Part shown: positions 1 through 10,727 of the stretch, in pieces
How positions within the stretch are numbered: position 1 is the stretch's first letter
How the letters are laid out: every line of letters starts with the position of its first letter
NCBI GenBank assembly: GCA_032718475.1
Contig: JAUCBJ010002322.1
Location: 1 to 61,459 of the forward strand
Direction of reading: 5' to 3'
Length of the DNA: 61,459 bases
Origin: Nemertoderma westbladi
Taxonomy: Eukaryota; Animalia; Xenacoelomorpha
The notes under the pieces: generated by a model
Told to the model about the DNA's origin: nothing
Seen by the model: only the letters and a program-made list of their open reading frames with translations
Database searches by the model: none
Made by a program: the position numbers and the translations under genes

Positions 1-194
1 GGTCGATAAATGGGAACCAAGGCAACTTGGGAAACAGAGTGGAGGGGTTTACTGTGGAAGATCACCCATGGTGGTGAACAGGCTTTCCTTGGCTTAACGA
101 GCCTAAAAGGTTCTCCCATTCAAAATGAATATTCTGCACCTAAGGTAAATATACCCCACCCCCCCCCCCCCCACCCCCCCCCCCCGGGATTGGG

Positions 195-280
195 TTAAGA
201 TGCGTCTCAAGAAAGTCATGGGCTGTCCACCATGCTTATTCACTCCATGAGGCTGCCAAAGTACAAGATTATGCCACTGA
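195..280 (-). mobile_element. Short 3' fragment of RTE-clade LINE (family A)
   Basis: Encodes HNLVLWQPHGVNKHGGQPMTFLR, the same peptide as the RTE copy at ~32005-32075 and similar to 55915-55990. Confidence 0.8.
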
Positions 281-464
281 CCAAGATTATAAGTCAACCA
301 CCAATTTAGTGGGGGGGGGGGGGGGGGTAGACACCATCAAAACAAGCGCAGAGCGAATAGTTCTTGAGATATTGCAGAAAATGTAAAGTCCGGCACAAGT
401 CAACATGAGTGCCTTGGTGATTTATAGACCAATACACTAAAAATTTTACTACTAATTATCTTAA

Positions 465-1986
465 CCCTATTAGTACCGGGCTATAAAATGCTGTACAAAT
501 ACCGGGGGGGGGGAAGGGGGGTCAAATTGACCCCTCCCTCTAAAATCTACAAATATTAACGAAAAGGTCTGATTTTTTGTTTGTTCGTAGGTATCACTAG
601 CCTGGATCTGACCCGAAAAAAAAATTTCGAAAAAATGTACTGGGGTGGTAATATTGCAGCACCAAAATTACAAATAGTGCACAATTTTCACAAAATTTGA
701 AAGTTACATTTTTCGGCTAATTATTTTTTAATACAGGTTTTCTGGGGCGCAAAATGCATTGGAAAATATTTAAAAATGATATGATTACCATAAATGGCTG
801 TTTAGTCCTCTATGCCTAGGAAAAAAATGAAAAAAACAAGTAACCTGCACTTTTCAGTTTGAACACAAAATTTTTAATTCACTTATACGATGCTATAAGT
901 TCACATTTTCAGATTTTCTAGGGCGCTGATTCTAATGGAATACATTTCTAATATGCCAGATCATTGCTACTTGTATTTTTCGGCGTAATTTGGCAAATTT
1001 TGGTGCTGGCACCAAATTTCGTACCCATCACCAAAAAGTACAAGTTTGCGATGTCCAGTGCTGTTTTTACTTGATTCCATCGGATTCAGGACCCTCATAA
1101 ACCCGTATAACGCAAGAAACAACATGATACTATCAACTGACCAATTTACTCATTTTCCAAAATTTGGTGCTGGCACAACAATTTTCACCCACCTTCGAAA
1201 AATACAAGTTTGAAAACTCTTATGAAATTTTTACTTATTCCATTGAATTCAGAACCCTAACATACCCGTATAACGCAAGAAACAAGATGACACAATCTAT
1301 TGATATTTTTGATGGTTTTCAAAATTTGGTGCTAGCACCACATTTTGCACCCACTTCAGAAAAATACAAGTTTGAGATGTCTAGTTCGATAATTATATAT
1401 TCCATTGAATTCAGAACAGCCATAAACCTCTAAAATGCAAGAAATAAATTGTCACAAGCAATTTTATCTATTAATGAGTTTTCAAAATTTCGTGCTAGCA
1501 CCAAAATTTGCACACAGCACCGAAAAATACAAATTTGATAAGCTTGGTGCAACTCGTATATATTTCATCGAAACCAGAACCCCAAAAAACCACCAAAAAA
1601 CAAGTTTCAAACAATCAATTTACAAAACTGACATATTTCAAAATCTGGTGCTGGTACCAAAATTTGGCACCCGCCGAAAAAAAAACAAGTTTGAATTTCT
1701 AAATCAATTTATATGAATTCCATCCAATTGCTAACACCAAAAAACCGGTGTAAATCAAAAATAGAGATGTTACAATTAATATTTAATGAAATGTAATTTT
1801 TAAAAAACGATTTTCGAAAACTACCCAATATGTTTGAAAACGGTTTTCACTACTAAGAAGACAATAGATTTTTAGGAAAAGTCATATAATTTCAGATTGC
1901 CAACTGCGTTTGTTTCAGAATTATAATAGAAAAACCACGGGGAAGGGTCATATTGACCCCCCCCCCCCCCCCCGGGTTTAATAGGG
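465..1986. mobile_element. Non-autonomous piggyBac-like DNA transposon
   Basis: TTAA (461-464) CCCTATTA...TAATAGGG TTAA (1987-1990); subterminal GGGTCA-(A/T)ATTGACCC palindromes at both ends; no transposase ORF. Confidence 0.8.
990..1700. repeat. Internal ~160-bp tandem repeat (5 copies) with palindromic core AAATTTGGTGCTAGCACCAAATTT
   Basis: Core recurs at ~995, 1158, 1320, 1483, 1639, and the sequence between cores is also homologous (AAATACAAGTTTG...TTCCATTGAATTCAGAAC). Confidence 0.85.
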
Positions 1987-2673
1987 TTAAGGCATCAAAA
2001 ATATATACATCACTGCAACGAATTGGTTTAGGGTATACAGACACCTTCAAAATGAAAGAGTAGTGATTAGTTGACTATAGTTTTTGTACAAAATGTGTGT
2101 AATGGGTCAACTCAATATCAAGTATCAATTTGTGGACATAGTCTTAACATTTTGAAAGAACTTTGACATTTATGACTTTGACTTTTGACATTTTGAGTTT
2201 AAAGGGAGCTAACTTAGATTTGTTGAATTATACAATCAAATTATTGATACACACTAATCGATGGCAAATTTTATCAGCTATCTGGTGGTATAAATAACTA
2301 TTTTTTTTCAAAATCTCGAGTTAGTGTCTATTTATTGCCATGTGACGATTAGGGTGGGGTGCTGGTCAAAAATTATCATTTTTTACATTATATAATACTG
2401 TATGTGAACCAGCCATTTATATTTAGACCGAAAACTGCACCCTAATTCATATCAAATCCAAAATGGTTCAGTTTCGTAAACTTCGGAATAAACAACTATT
2501 GCAGAGTAAACTTGGCCCAAATTGCTTCTGTTGGAGAAATAATAACCGAATTGCTTGCGGTAATATCTTAGATGTATTTATATGTCACAAATCTTGCAAT
2601 GGGTGATCTTACTTCGAGTCTTAATTCGACTTTCTTGCTGTTATTGTTCAGGAATTGCTATTAGTTCAGGAAT

Positions 2674-3172
2674 GTGGGGCGAGCCACGAAGTTGGCGGAG
2701 CCTTAGCGAATTGACACTGTTAGGGGGTGGGTCAATTTATGCAAATAGTTGTCGTCGTCGTCGTTGTCGTCGTCGTCGTCGTTGTCGTCGTCGTCGTCGT
2801 TACGATTTTGACATGCTAATAACTTTGTCGGATTTAAAGCTGCCAAGTTGAAAATTTGTAGGTATCAATATGAGCAAAAGTTGAGATTTTTGAGAGACTT
2901 TCAGACACCATCAGTGCAATGGTCTCCCGCTAGAGGGCCACATGTCTAAACATTAAATGCCCTCCCATTTCTTTGCTTTTAATCCGTTTAAGCTGAAACT
3001 TGGCAGATATGTATTAGACCATTAGCTGTGACTTTCAAAGGAGGCGAATCCATCTGCAGTTCTCCAGTCTGCCGCTAGAGTGCCAACGTGACTATTTGCA
3101 TAAATTGACCTACCCCCTAACAGTGTCAATTCGCTAAGGCTCTGCCAACTTCGTGCTGCGCGAAGTCCCCAC
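2674..3172. mobile_element. Small non-autonomous element with 65-bp inverted repeats and (GTC)n microsatellite
   Basis: Inverted arms 2685-2749 and 3091-3155 with 2 mismatches; (GTC/GTT)n at 2750-2800; superfamily (MITE vs Helentron-type) not resolved. Confidence 0.65.
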
Positions 3173-3256
3173 TTCGTGTATATACATACATAAAATTTAA
3201 TCATTAGTTTAATTGAATCATTACAATTATTTTTTTACTACCCAATAATATAATGA

Positions 3257-3407
3257 CTAACCGTACTCATCGATCTTGGATTCCTCACAAATCATTCTAA
3301 ATGACTCTATTTCATTGATTCTAACAGGATATATATCCCTCCCGTATAGCGTTGCCTCGTAATACCCTCCGTGAAACACTAAACTTATTCCTTTGTGGTC
3401 GGGGTCA
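3257..3407 (-). CDS. Secreted beta/gamma-crystallin-type protein, exon 4 (last identifiable)
   Basis: tttatag acceptor; phase matches exon 3 (CG+T=Arg) giving WEVFR|DPDHKGISLVFHGGYY...IESFR, a Greek-key pattern; ends at TAG 3257 or at a possible GTTAGT donor at 3261. Confidence 0.75.
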
Positions 3408-3767
3408 CTATAAATTAATATTTTAAAAATTATATCAACCAAAATCAATAATTGAGATAGTTAAGCACATATATGTGATATTATTAAATTTAATGGACTT
3501 TCACGCATTTTTCTTTATCAGTTCATCTCACTTTCTGAAATACTCTCATTGCATTGATGGTTTCCTGTTATGGCTGAACTTCTTATCCAGCACATTGCCA
3601 TATTTCCAATTCCAAATAGTGAGAGCAGTGTAAGTAAATCAGTTTCAATTGGCCTACTACCAAAGAGAGTGCGATGCAAAACACTCGGGAATGAAATTAA
3701 TTTCAGCATAAACTATATTAATTGTATATCTTTTATAAATCTTTATATATTATAAATCTTATATTCC

Positions 3768-4400
3768 TTGGTTACTACTTATAACAGCAATAATGCACTC
3801 CTCAATGAATGTATAAGGAAAATATCCACAGCATCAGCAGCCTTCCACCAAAAAGGCTGGACAGTAAGACAATATCCTGTTTCTGTAGCAACGAAACTAT
3901 GGACCTGCATTGCTCTGCCTTTTATTAAATACGGGTTTGGAGTTCCACTTTGGAGGGCTTTCTGATGTTTCAATATCTACTGTGTAGGATCGATTCGTTC
4001 TATAGAAAAGTCCAAAGAGGTTTACTTTATATGGGGAATTACCTGAATGACGCAATAGTTCACGAACTTTTCGGTGGGCAATCGCTATCCACAGACATTT
4101 TCAAAAGACTAATCGGTCTAATTGAACGCATCAAAACATGCCCAAAAACTAATCTACAGACCATAACGAGGACTTTACTGACAATAAATACAGAACGCGA
4201 CGGCCCTGGGTGTAGTGGAGCTCTTCAAAAAGCCCGTAACTCTTTCAACCTTCCCTCGATGATCTCCCTAGTAACCTATAACTACAACGTACACGATCTG
4301 TTTAAGGCGTGTATACTAACCGATATAATGGACTGTGCGGTCTTACTTAACCTGATAATTTATTTGTCTCAACTTTTATTTAACTGCCAATTTTAATTTC
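3768..4400 (+). mobile_element. Decayed non-LTR retrotransposon ORF2 C-terminal fragment
   Basis: Frameshifted ORFs with KLWTCIALPFIKYG...IDSFYRKVQRGLL...AIVHELFG, resembling the post-RT region of CR1/L2-group LINEs. Confidence 0.55.
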
Positions 4401-4729
4401 CAAGGTCTTGTCTTATTGTGCAGTGCACGTGTCGTATCGTGCGAAATGCATTTATCGTTTTTATCGTTTTTATCGTTAAACAATAAAACAACATCGATGA
4501 TTTATCGATTACTGAGATAGCGCCTTTCTAAAGAATTCGTTAAAACGGAGCTCAGAAACTGTATAGAGATAGCATATTCTAATAAATTCATTAGAAAGGC
4601 TATAGAATTATATTCTCATAAATGCCGTGGATTTTCAAAATTTTATTTTGTTCGAATTAACTTTCTATAAAGATTACATTAAGTCCTCATTTGCATTTAC
4701 TATATCTATTTGTATAACATTGTTTAAGT

Positions 4730-4813
4730 GGTTCAGTAGCTCAGTCGGTTAAGCGTTAGAAATTCGTGTAGTAGGTATCGAGTTCGAATCCTAGCAGGTG
4801 CGAATTATTTTTT
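4730..4813 (+). mobile_element. tRNA-derived SINE head / tRNA pseudogene
   Basis: A box TAGCTCAGTCGG, B box GAGTTCGAATCC, followed by a T-run; no intact cloverleaf. Confidence 0.65.
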
Positions 4814-4829
4814 GTGCTAAGTTTCAACT

Positions 4830-7700
4830 CATTTGAATTAACCGCTACGAATTAAATTGCATTTGCTCAAGGTAGATTAACCAATGTGATTGCAGTTATT
4901 AGATAGTAACCAATGTCGTGCAAGATACGTGTTTGCTGGACCAATGATTATCTTTAAAAACCTAGTAGAACTCATAGAACAATCTAGATTTATCTGGATT
5001 GTTAGCAGCACAAATTTGCTATAAAAGGTGCGATTTTGTTCATTAGTTATTCTTCTTTCTTACACAAGTGTATTATATTAGTATTAGTATTAGATATTAT
5101 TAGCGACGTTATTTCTTGTTACATTTATTGTATATTAGTTATTTGTAATAAAGTTAGAAGTACAGTCCCAATCCCAATAAACATTAACTTGGTCATTTTG
5201 GCGGCCAAAATTACCAAAATGGCCAAGTAAAAACTGCGGTATTCATGAAAGGAACTGCTGAGGCACGTTGGCTTGTTAATCACAGCCAGTGAATACAGGC
5301 TGAGTGTAAGTAAAGCCCAGCATGTTGGCGCTGATGTAGAGTTCTCTATACCTTTAGGTAGAGAGAAAAGTGTAGTAATGGCTGGGCTCGCCACTGTAGT
5401 TAAACATGCCTGTAAGAGTGCAGTATGAGGCGCCCTAACTTATTATTTTCTACATATAATTTACTAATCTAATAATTAACACACCTTTACCTGTCACTTA
5501 GGTTATAAGCAGTGTGCTAGCACTTGCAGCGTAATAATTAATTATTTACTTTAATTCTATTCGATTGGTAATAAAAATAACAAGTTCATATATTCAATTT
5601 GTAAAAATTCTTTAAAATATGAGAAAAGTACTTTACATCGATTTTTCTTTATTGAGCTGTTTAGTACGCTATAATATAAATGCTCTCATAAATACAGTTA
5701 GGGGGGGGGGGGGGGGGGGGGGGAGGGGACTAGACGCAATAAAAATTCATCACTCTCCACCCTCCAGGGGAAATTTGACGCAAATAACAGATGATTACTC
5801 TCAAAAATAAAACTGTAATGTTCATTTAAGTTTAATTTATTGTTTTGTTTAAAATAACATGCCACTATAACCTGCTCCTTTCCCTAAATTGAGAATTTAA
5901 CATTGAGGCGGGATATTAATTCGCCAAGGCGAGTTTTGCGTCCAGTCCCCCCCCCCCCCCCATGTCTCGATAAATAATAATTACATCATCATAAATACCA
6001 TCCCACACATCACCCAAATATGCCGACTCTGTTGACTGTTAGCACAGAGCCAGAGCCTGATATTATAGTGTTTTCAGTTACTATCGCCCTCGAATTCAGA
6101 CCCAGCTACTAGAAATAGGCCGCGCTAATCTGAATTTCATCAGTATACCGAACTCGTTCGAGACTGAGTGTCGCTATTTAATAGCTACCTCTCGCCCTGT
6201 CACAGACCCAGCTTCTAACTATAAAACTATAATTAGGACGCCTTCATACAGAACACGTTGCCATTTCATAATGACTCTAAACTGAAGCTACACAAAGGAA
6301 AAGGTGAGAAGTGATTATCTAATAATAACACACAAAATCCGATTATTATACATACTCCTCCTTTTAACAAAGCCGCATTCAACTAACTCCCTTATTACGT
6401 ATTAGCCTGTGCTGTATCAATGCCTCAGTGGGTGGTCTTTACTACAACTGAAAGGCCCGACTCAGCTCCAGGTAAATTAACAATCTGTCAATAATAAAAA
6501 TGAAAGCGAGCCGACATTTAGTCAGAGCAACCAAATGAATGTCCAAGGAGACGGGCTGTCTGGACTTGTCTGAGTCGAGGTAAATCGCTTCGCCAAAACG
6601 ACCAAGTAGCCCATAGGAATACACTACATTTTTTTGGCGATTTTGGTCATTTTGGCCGCCAAAACGACCAAGTTAATGTTTATTGGGATTGGGACTGTAT
6701 TTGTTACATCTGTTTGTTACTATGCTTCACCACGGTGAACCCAACTGAGGGACAGATGGCAGGCTAGATATCGGACCGCAGCAATAGACGAGAACATCAG
6801 AGGAATGTAGAAGGAGACAACCCGCAATACCCATTCTTAGTTATTCGCCCATCGCCTGAAAGGTTAGACAGCGTTCGATGCCTTGCTACCTAAGTGTAAG
6901 ACCTAAGATCGAAGGTAGAGGTATTGACACGCTGTGCGCTAAAAATTACATCTAGGGACTGTACTGTCTTAATTCAGAAAAAACCCGCAGTATACCTTCA
7001 CATTCCTACGGGGGGAAGGAGAGGAGATCAGGCAGAGAGATACTAGTACACAGATAGGACGCAGGTACACCAGTACAAGGCATACACATTGGTAGGGTGC
7101 AGCAAGCTGTACGCCTATACTTGCTAAGTATAGGTGCGTCGGTGACTGTTTGTAGTACAACGGTGTCCATTTGCGTTAGAACTTGTAGGCCAGGAAGGGT
7201 TACTGTGTTTTTATCTGAATTGGGATTGTACCGTTCAGGCGGTAGGGCAGTTTACTGCTAGGCGCATATAAATTGAGGCTATTAGGGATACTAACACCTA
7301 CCGTGTCCCTGCCGACATTCTGATAGGAAGTTGCCGTGCCCACCTAGGCAACCAAAATTCTAGATAGGACGCCAGGCTAGCTATTTTGTAACTGTACGCC
7401 TACTGTAGTAAACTAACACATTTCTTCTTAGTATTAGGGACCTGGTAAATTAAATTGCCGAATTCTGGGCGTAGTATTAACCTTATGCCTGAATTTGAGT
7501 CCTGGAAATACACAAAAGGGGAAGGAGCCTTATCATTCGTGAGTATTGGACCTACAAGCTACAAAATTAGAATATTTGTAAAATGTACACCAGACCCAGT
7601 AATTATATATGTGAAGGATCTAAAACCGATTTGACCATTAGAATCAAGACACACGCGCGTTAGGAATTATTTACACCTCAAAATATATAAAATAATTTTT
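4830..7700 (+). mobile_element. Heavily decayed Gypsy-like LTR element remnant (interrupted by the Tc1/mariner-type element)
   Basis: LTR-like promoter block (three CCAAT, TATAAAA at 5020, AATAAA at 5147); ~7540-7635 translates IGPTSYKIR...PVIIYVKDLKPI, like a Gypsy integrase C-terminus; boundaries uncertain. Confidence 0.4.
5163..6697. mobile_element. Non-autonomous Tc1/mariner(pogo)-type DNA transposon
   Basis: TA|CAGTCCCAATCCCAATAAACATTAACTTGGTC...GACCAAGTTAATGTTTATTGGGATTGGGACTG|TA; ~60-bp TIRs, TA TSD. Confidence 0.88.
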
Positions 7701-8419
7701 GTCCGTACTGCACTTTGCCCGCTAGTTAGACACCTAGCTAGCGCCTCTATCTCTCACCCACATATAAATCACACCGCGGCAAAGTATACGAACACCCTTA
7801 GTCCGTCAGTGAGTCAGCCTGATTTTAGGATTCACTGCGCGGGATTTTGTTTTATCGAAGTTTGTCCGTTCGTAGACTGTCTTCTGCCTCACCGGTTATA
7901 AGAGACCGATACTGCAATAGATTTGCTTACTTAGAGTTTACTGTTTTGGTGAGAAGGTCGGATTATGTTTTGATTCACAAACTTTACAGTAGGATATTGC
8001 AGGATATCAGGTACGTCTCTTCGCTTCAAAGGCGCTATCTTAGGATACCATATCGAATTTCTAAGATGGAGCCTTTTTAATTAATTCGTTAAAAAGGAGC
8101 TATCTTGGAAATCGTCAATATTCTAATTTCAATCACAGTTTTATTGAATTTTTTGCATTTCTTTTAAAACAAATGATTTAAATGTGATTATTTTAATAAC
8201 AACCCACTATCAAAAATTATATCATCTGATGCAGAATTTTATAGGCTTTCACATGAAAAGAATAACTCAATTTTTTCAAAAATTTGAGATAGAACCTTTT
8301 TATTGCCACATGACGCATGGTAACTTGACTCTGTGTAATGTTTTACGAGTCTGTGTATTATATCATATATTACCATACTACCATTGGGTATAATACAACT
8401 GACTCCAGCATTGTTGTAT

Positions 8420-8600
8420 TCCATCGACCACATTGCGTTTTACTTTACACTGCTGGGTTGTTTACTGGCGCTGTATTTAATATTGAAGTTCTGGACTTCT
8501 GGGTCTTTCACATGCAGTCTCCTGGGACAAGAAACGACGAGGCTAATGATTTCATCCATCGCGCTCTATCATCTACCGGTATCAGATTTACACTTATGAA
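8420..8600 (+). mobile_element. Small fragment of CRE-like (RLE-type) non-LTR element
   Basis: RNDEANDFIHRALSSTGI resembles the RH..N..I.RAL motif following the zinc knuckle; related to the 58500-59260 remnant. Confidence 0.45.
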
Positions 8601-8787
8601 TTGTCGTTTTTAGGTTTTTAGCATCATTCATGGTATGTCATTGTGTGTATTTGTATTGTTATGTATGTTAAATATTTTCTCTATGCATATTTATGTAAAA
8701 ATTATCCGAGACAAAATTATTTATTAATTTACATGAGTTGAATTTTGATGATATTGTTGAACATAAACTTCTGGATTAAATAATTAC

Positions 8788-8935
8788 CGAAAAACTTCCC
8801 AGGGGTAACGTCCTGTTACTATAACAGAGTTTGCCTTGTTAGCGAATGTTCCTAAGTTGTCGCCACTACTACATCTGATATTAGCATCGGGCGAGATATC
8901 TCCAGGTGCTGTGTTGCATGACATGTAGTTTTCTC
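8788..8935 (-). CDS. Secreted beta/gamma-crystallin-type protein, exon 3
   Basis: tgcag acceptor and gtaatt donor; phase matches exon 2; GENYMSCNTAPGDISPDANIRCSSGDNLGTFANKANSVIVTGRYPWEVF contains the N-K-x-x-S-V-x-V...W Greek-key signature; absent from the ORF track. Confidence 0.8.
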
Positions 8936-10011
8936 CTGCAACATAAAAAAATCAGCTGAAATGAAATAATGTTAATAATATAAATAATATTTCGATTTAT
9001 TTTTTGTTACCACTCCATTTGTTGTTGTTGATATCCACATTGATTTTGCTTACTTGAGAAAAGCATTGGAATTCGAGATAATGTGTTCCATCGCACATTT
9101 TATGTTTTTTTTTGGAAGAAATGAATTCGGTTTTGTAAAATTGGAGCTAGTAAAACTTGAAAACATAATTCAAGTTAATTCAATGAGGGGGCGGTTTAAG
9201 CGTTATTAGATACAGACCTTTTAGCAATTTTGTGCTTAAATAGCATATGCTCAAATAATGATAGGCTAAATAACTATAGGACTTCATCATTCCGCATGAA
9301 TCTCAGTCATATTGCTAACTATATTACAATACCATAAACTGGGATGCCAAGGAATGCCTGTTCACCATCACCACCATGATGGTCTAAACCCTTATTAAAC
9401 TGGGAGATTATAAAAGCATAAGTGTGGAAAAGAAATCAGTTATCCCTACTTGGTCGGGTGTCATTGTATACATTTTCTTGCTGTGATCGCTGCTGTGATT
9501 CTGAAACCCATCTCCCATATTTTTCGTGCAAAATTATTCATTCAATTAATGAATTAATTAATCATTCAATTTTTAAACTTTGTACCGAAAAGTTTATGGT
9601 AATTATCATCATTGGCTCAAATATTTAATATCTTTATTATTTCCATGATTAATGAAAATGACTAATGAAAAGAATAAAAAAAAAATACTACAGATATAAA
9701 AAAAAATGTATACTGCAGTATCAGTTTGGTGATTGTTAGGATAAGAATGTCATTTAACTGTGTGGATAAATATTTATCTTATCTGTATTATATTCTACTT
9801 TTATTATCTTATTATCTTATCTTATATCATATCTTAGATGGAGGTAATTTTATTTTTAATGTAATCTGTAAAAAAAAAGTATACAATGTTTAATTTAAAC
9901 GAACGGATGAAGTGGTAGGCATTCACCAGCGGCAGCATAGTGTAAAGATGATAAAAAAAAATAAAGTATTGAGGGTCTTTAGCTGGTTATATTATATTAG
10001 ATAAAGATACA

Positions 10012-10051
10012 ATAGTAAACGTTTTCGACCTACCGGTCTGCATCAGATTAT
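10012..10051 (-). ncRNA. Variant minimal type I hammerhead ribozyme motif (left arm copy)
   Basis: Reverse complement of 24145-24184 with one stem I mismatch. Confidence 0.5.
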
Positions 10052-10124
10052 GTACTGGCAACTAACAGGAAAAGGTGGGGGTCTATATATATATATATAT
10101 ATATAAGTTTTAAAGGGGAATACC

Positions 10125-10659
10125 TGTTAGCTTATTCAATTCCGCTAACACAAACCCATAAAGTCAACCGTTAAGCAATATTGGGGGCCACGAGATTGGG
10201 TAACTAACAACTCGTGTCACCCCAACAAAATGGGAAGGAGAAACACAATGAGGGTCAGGGGCCAAACCCCTAACCGAGAGAGAATAGCTGGAGTGAACGG
10301 GAACACACCAAAGGGCGCACCATTAGCCAATCAGAGGGGGGAAAGGCATCGGTTAGGTACAGTAACAAGGCCAACCCGTGCAATATAACCAGTTGGCAGT
10401 AATCATCTCATTCAGTTATCTCAGTGTTATTGGTGTTACAGTAGCAATAGTTTAGCTAGGGAAGTACCGGGATTTCAATTACCGTTTCCCGCCTTCCGCG
10501 TACAACAATATTTATCTTATCCATTATCTATATCTATACTATACATATCCCGAATATTATATACAACGAACAACGTAAACTCTTTTATCTTTCACACACG
10601 GCGGGGACGCGTGAATTGACAAACCGGATAAACCGGGATCCTTCCTGGATCCCGTCACA
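10125..10659 (+). repeat. Bel/Pao 5' LTR (535 bp)
   Basis: Matches 22758-23299 except two substitutions and one short indel block; TATA-like TATAA at ~10384 and Inr-like TCAGTT at ~10412. Confidence 0.97.
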
Positions 10660-10727
10660 GTAATTGAAACAGAGCTGCCGCCCTAGTTGAACTCAGTGAC
10701 TACCAGCCACCAATCTATAGAGGAGAG

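Noticed and set aside
10-198. Short ORF at the window start
   Set aside because: No recognisable motif, runs into a C homopolymer, and shares sequence with a repeat near 9350; a possible terminal exon (GAEYSF*) for the crystallin-like gene on the minus strand is unsupported
990-1700. Palindromic repeats with regular spacing resembling CRISPR
   Set aside because: Spacers are homologous to each other, the context is eukaryotic and no cas genes are present
4500-8115. Possible large TIR element bounded by GATAGC(G/T)CCTTT repeats
   Set aside because: Inverted similarity is short and degenerate; no TSD could be defined
9420-9470. WKRNQLSLLGRVSL, similar to an L1/Tx1 motif
   Set aside because: Too short to support a feature call
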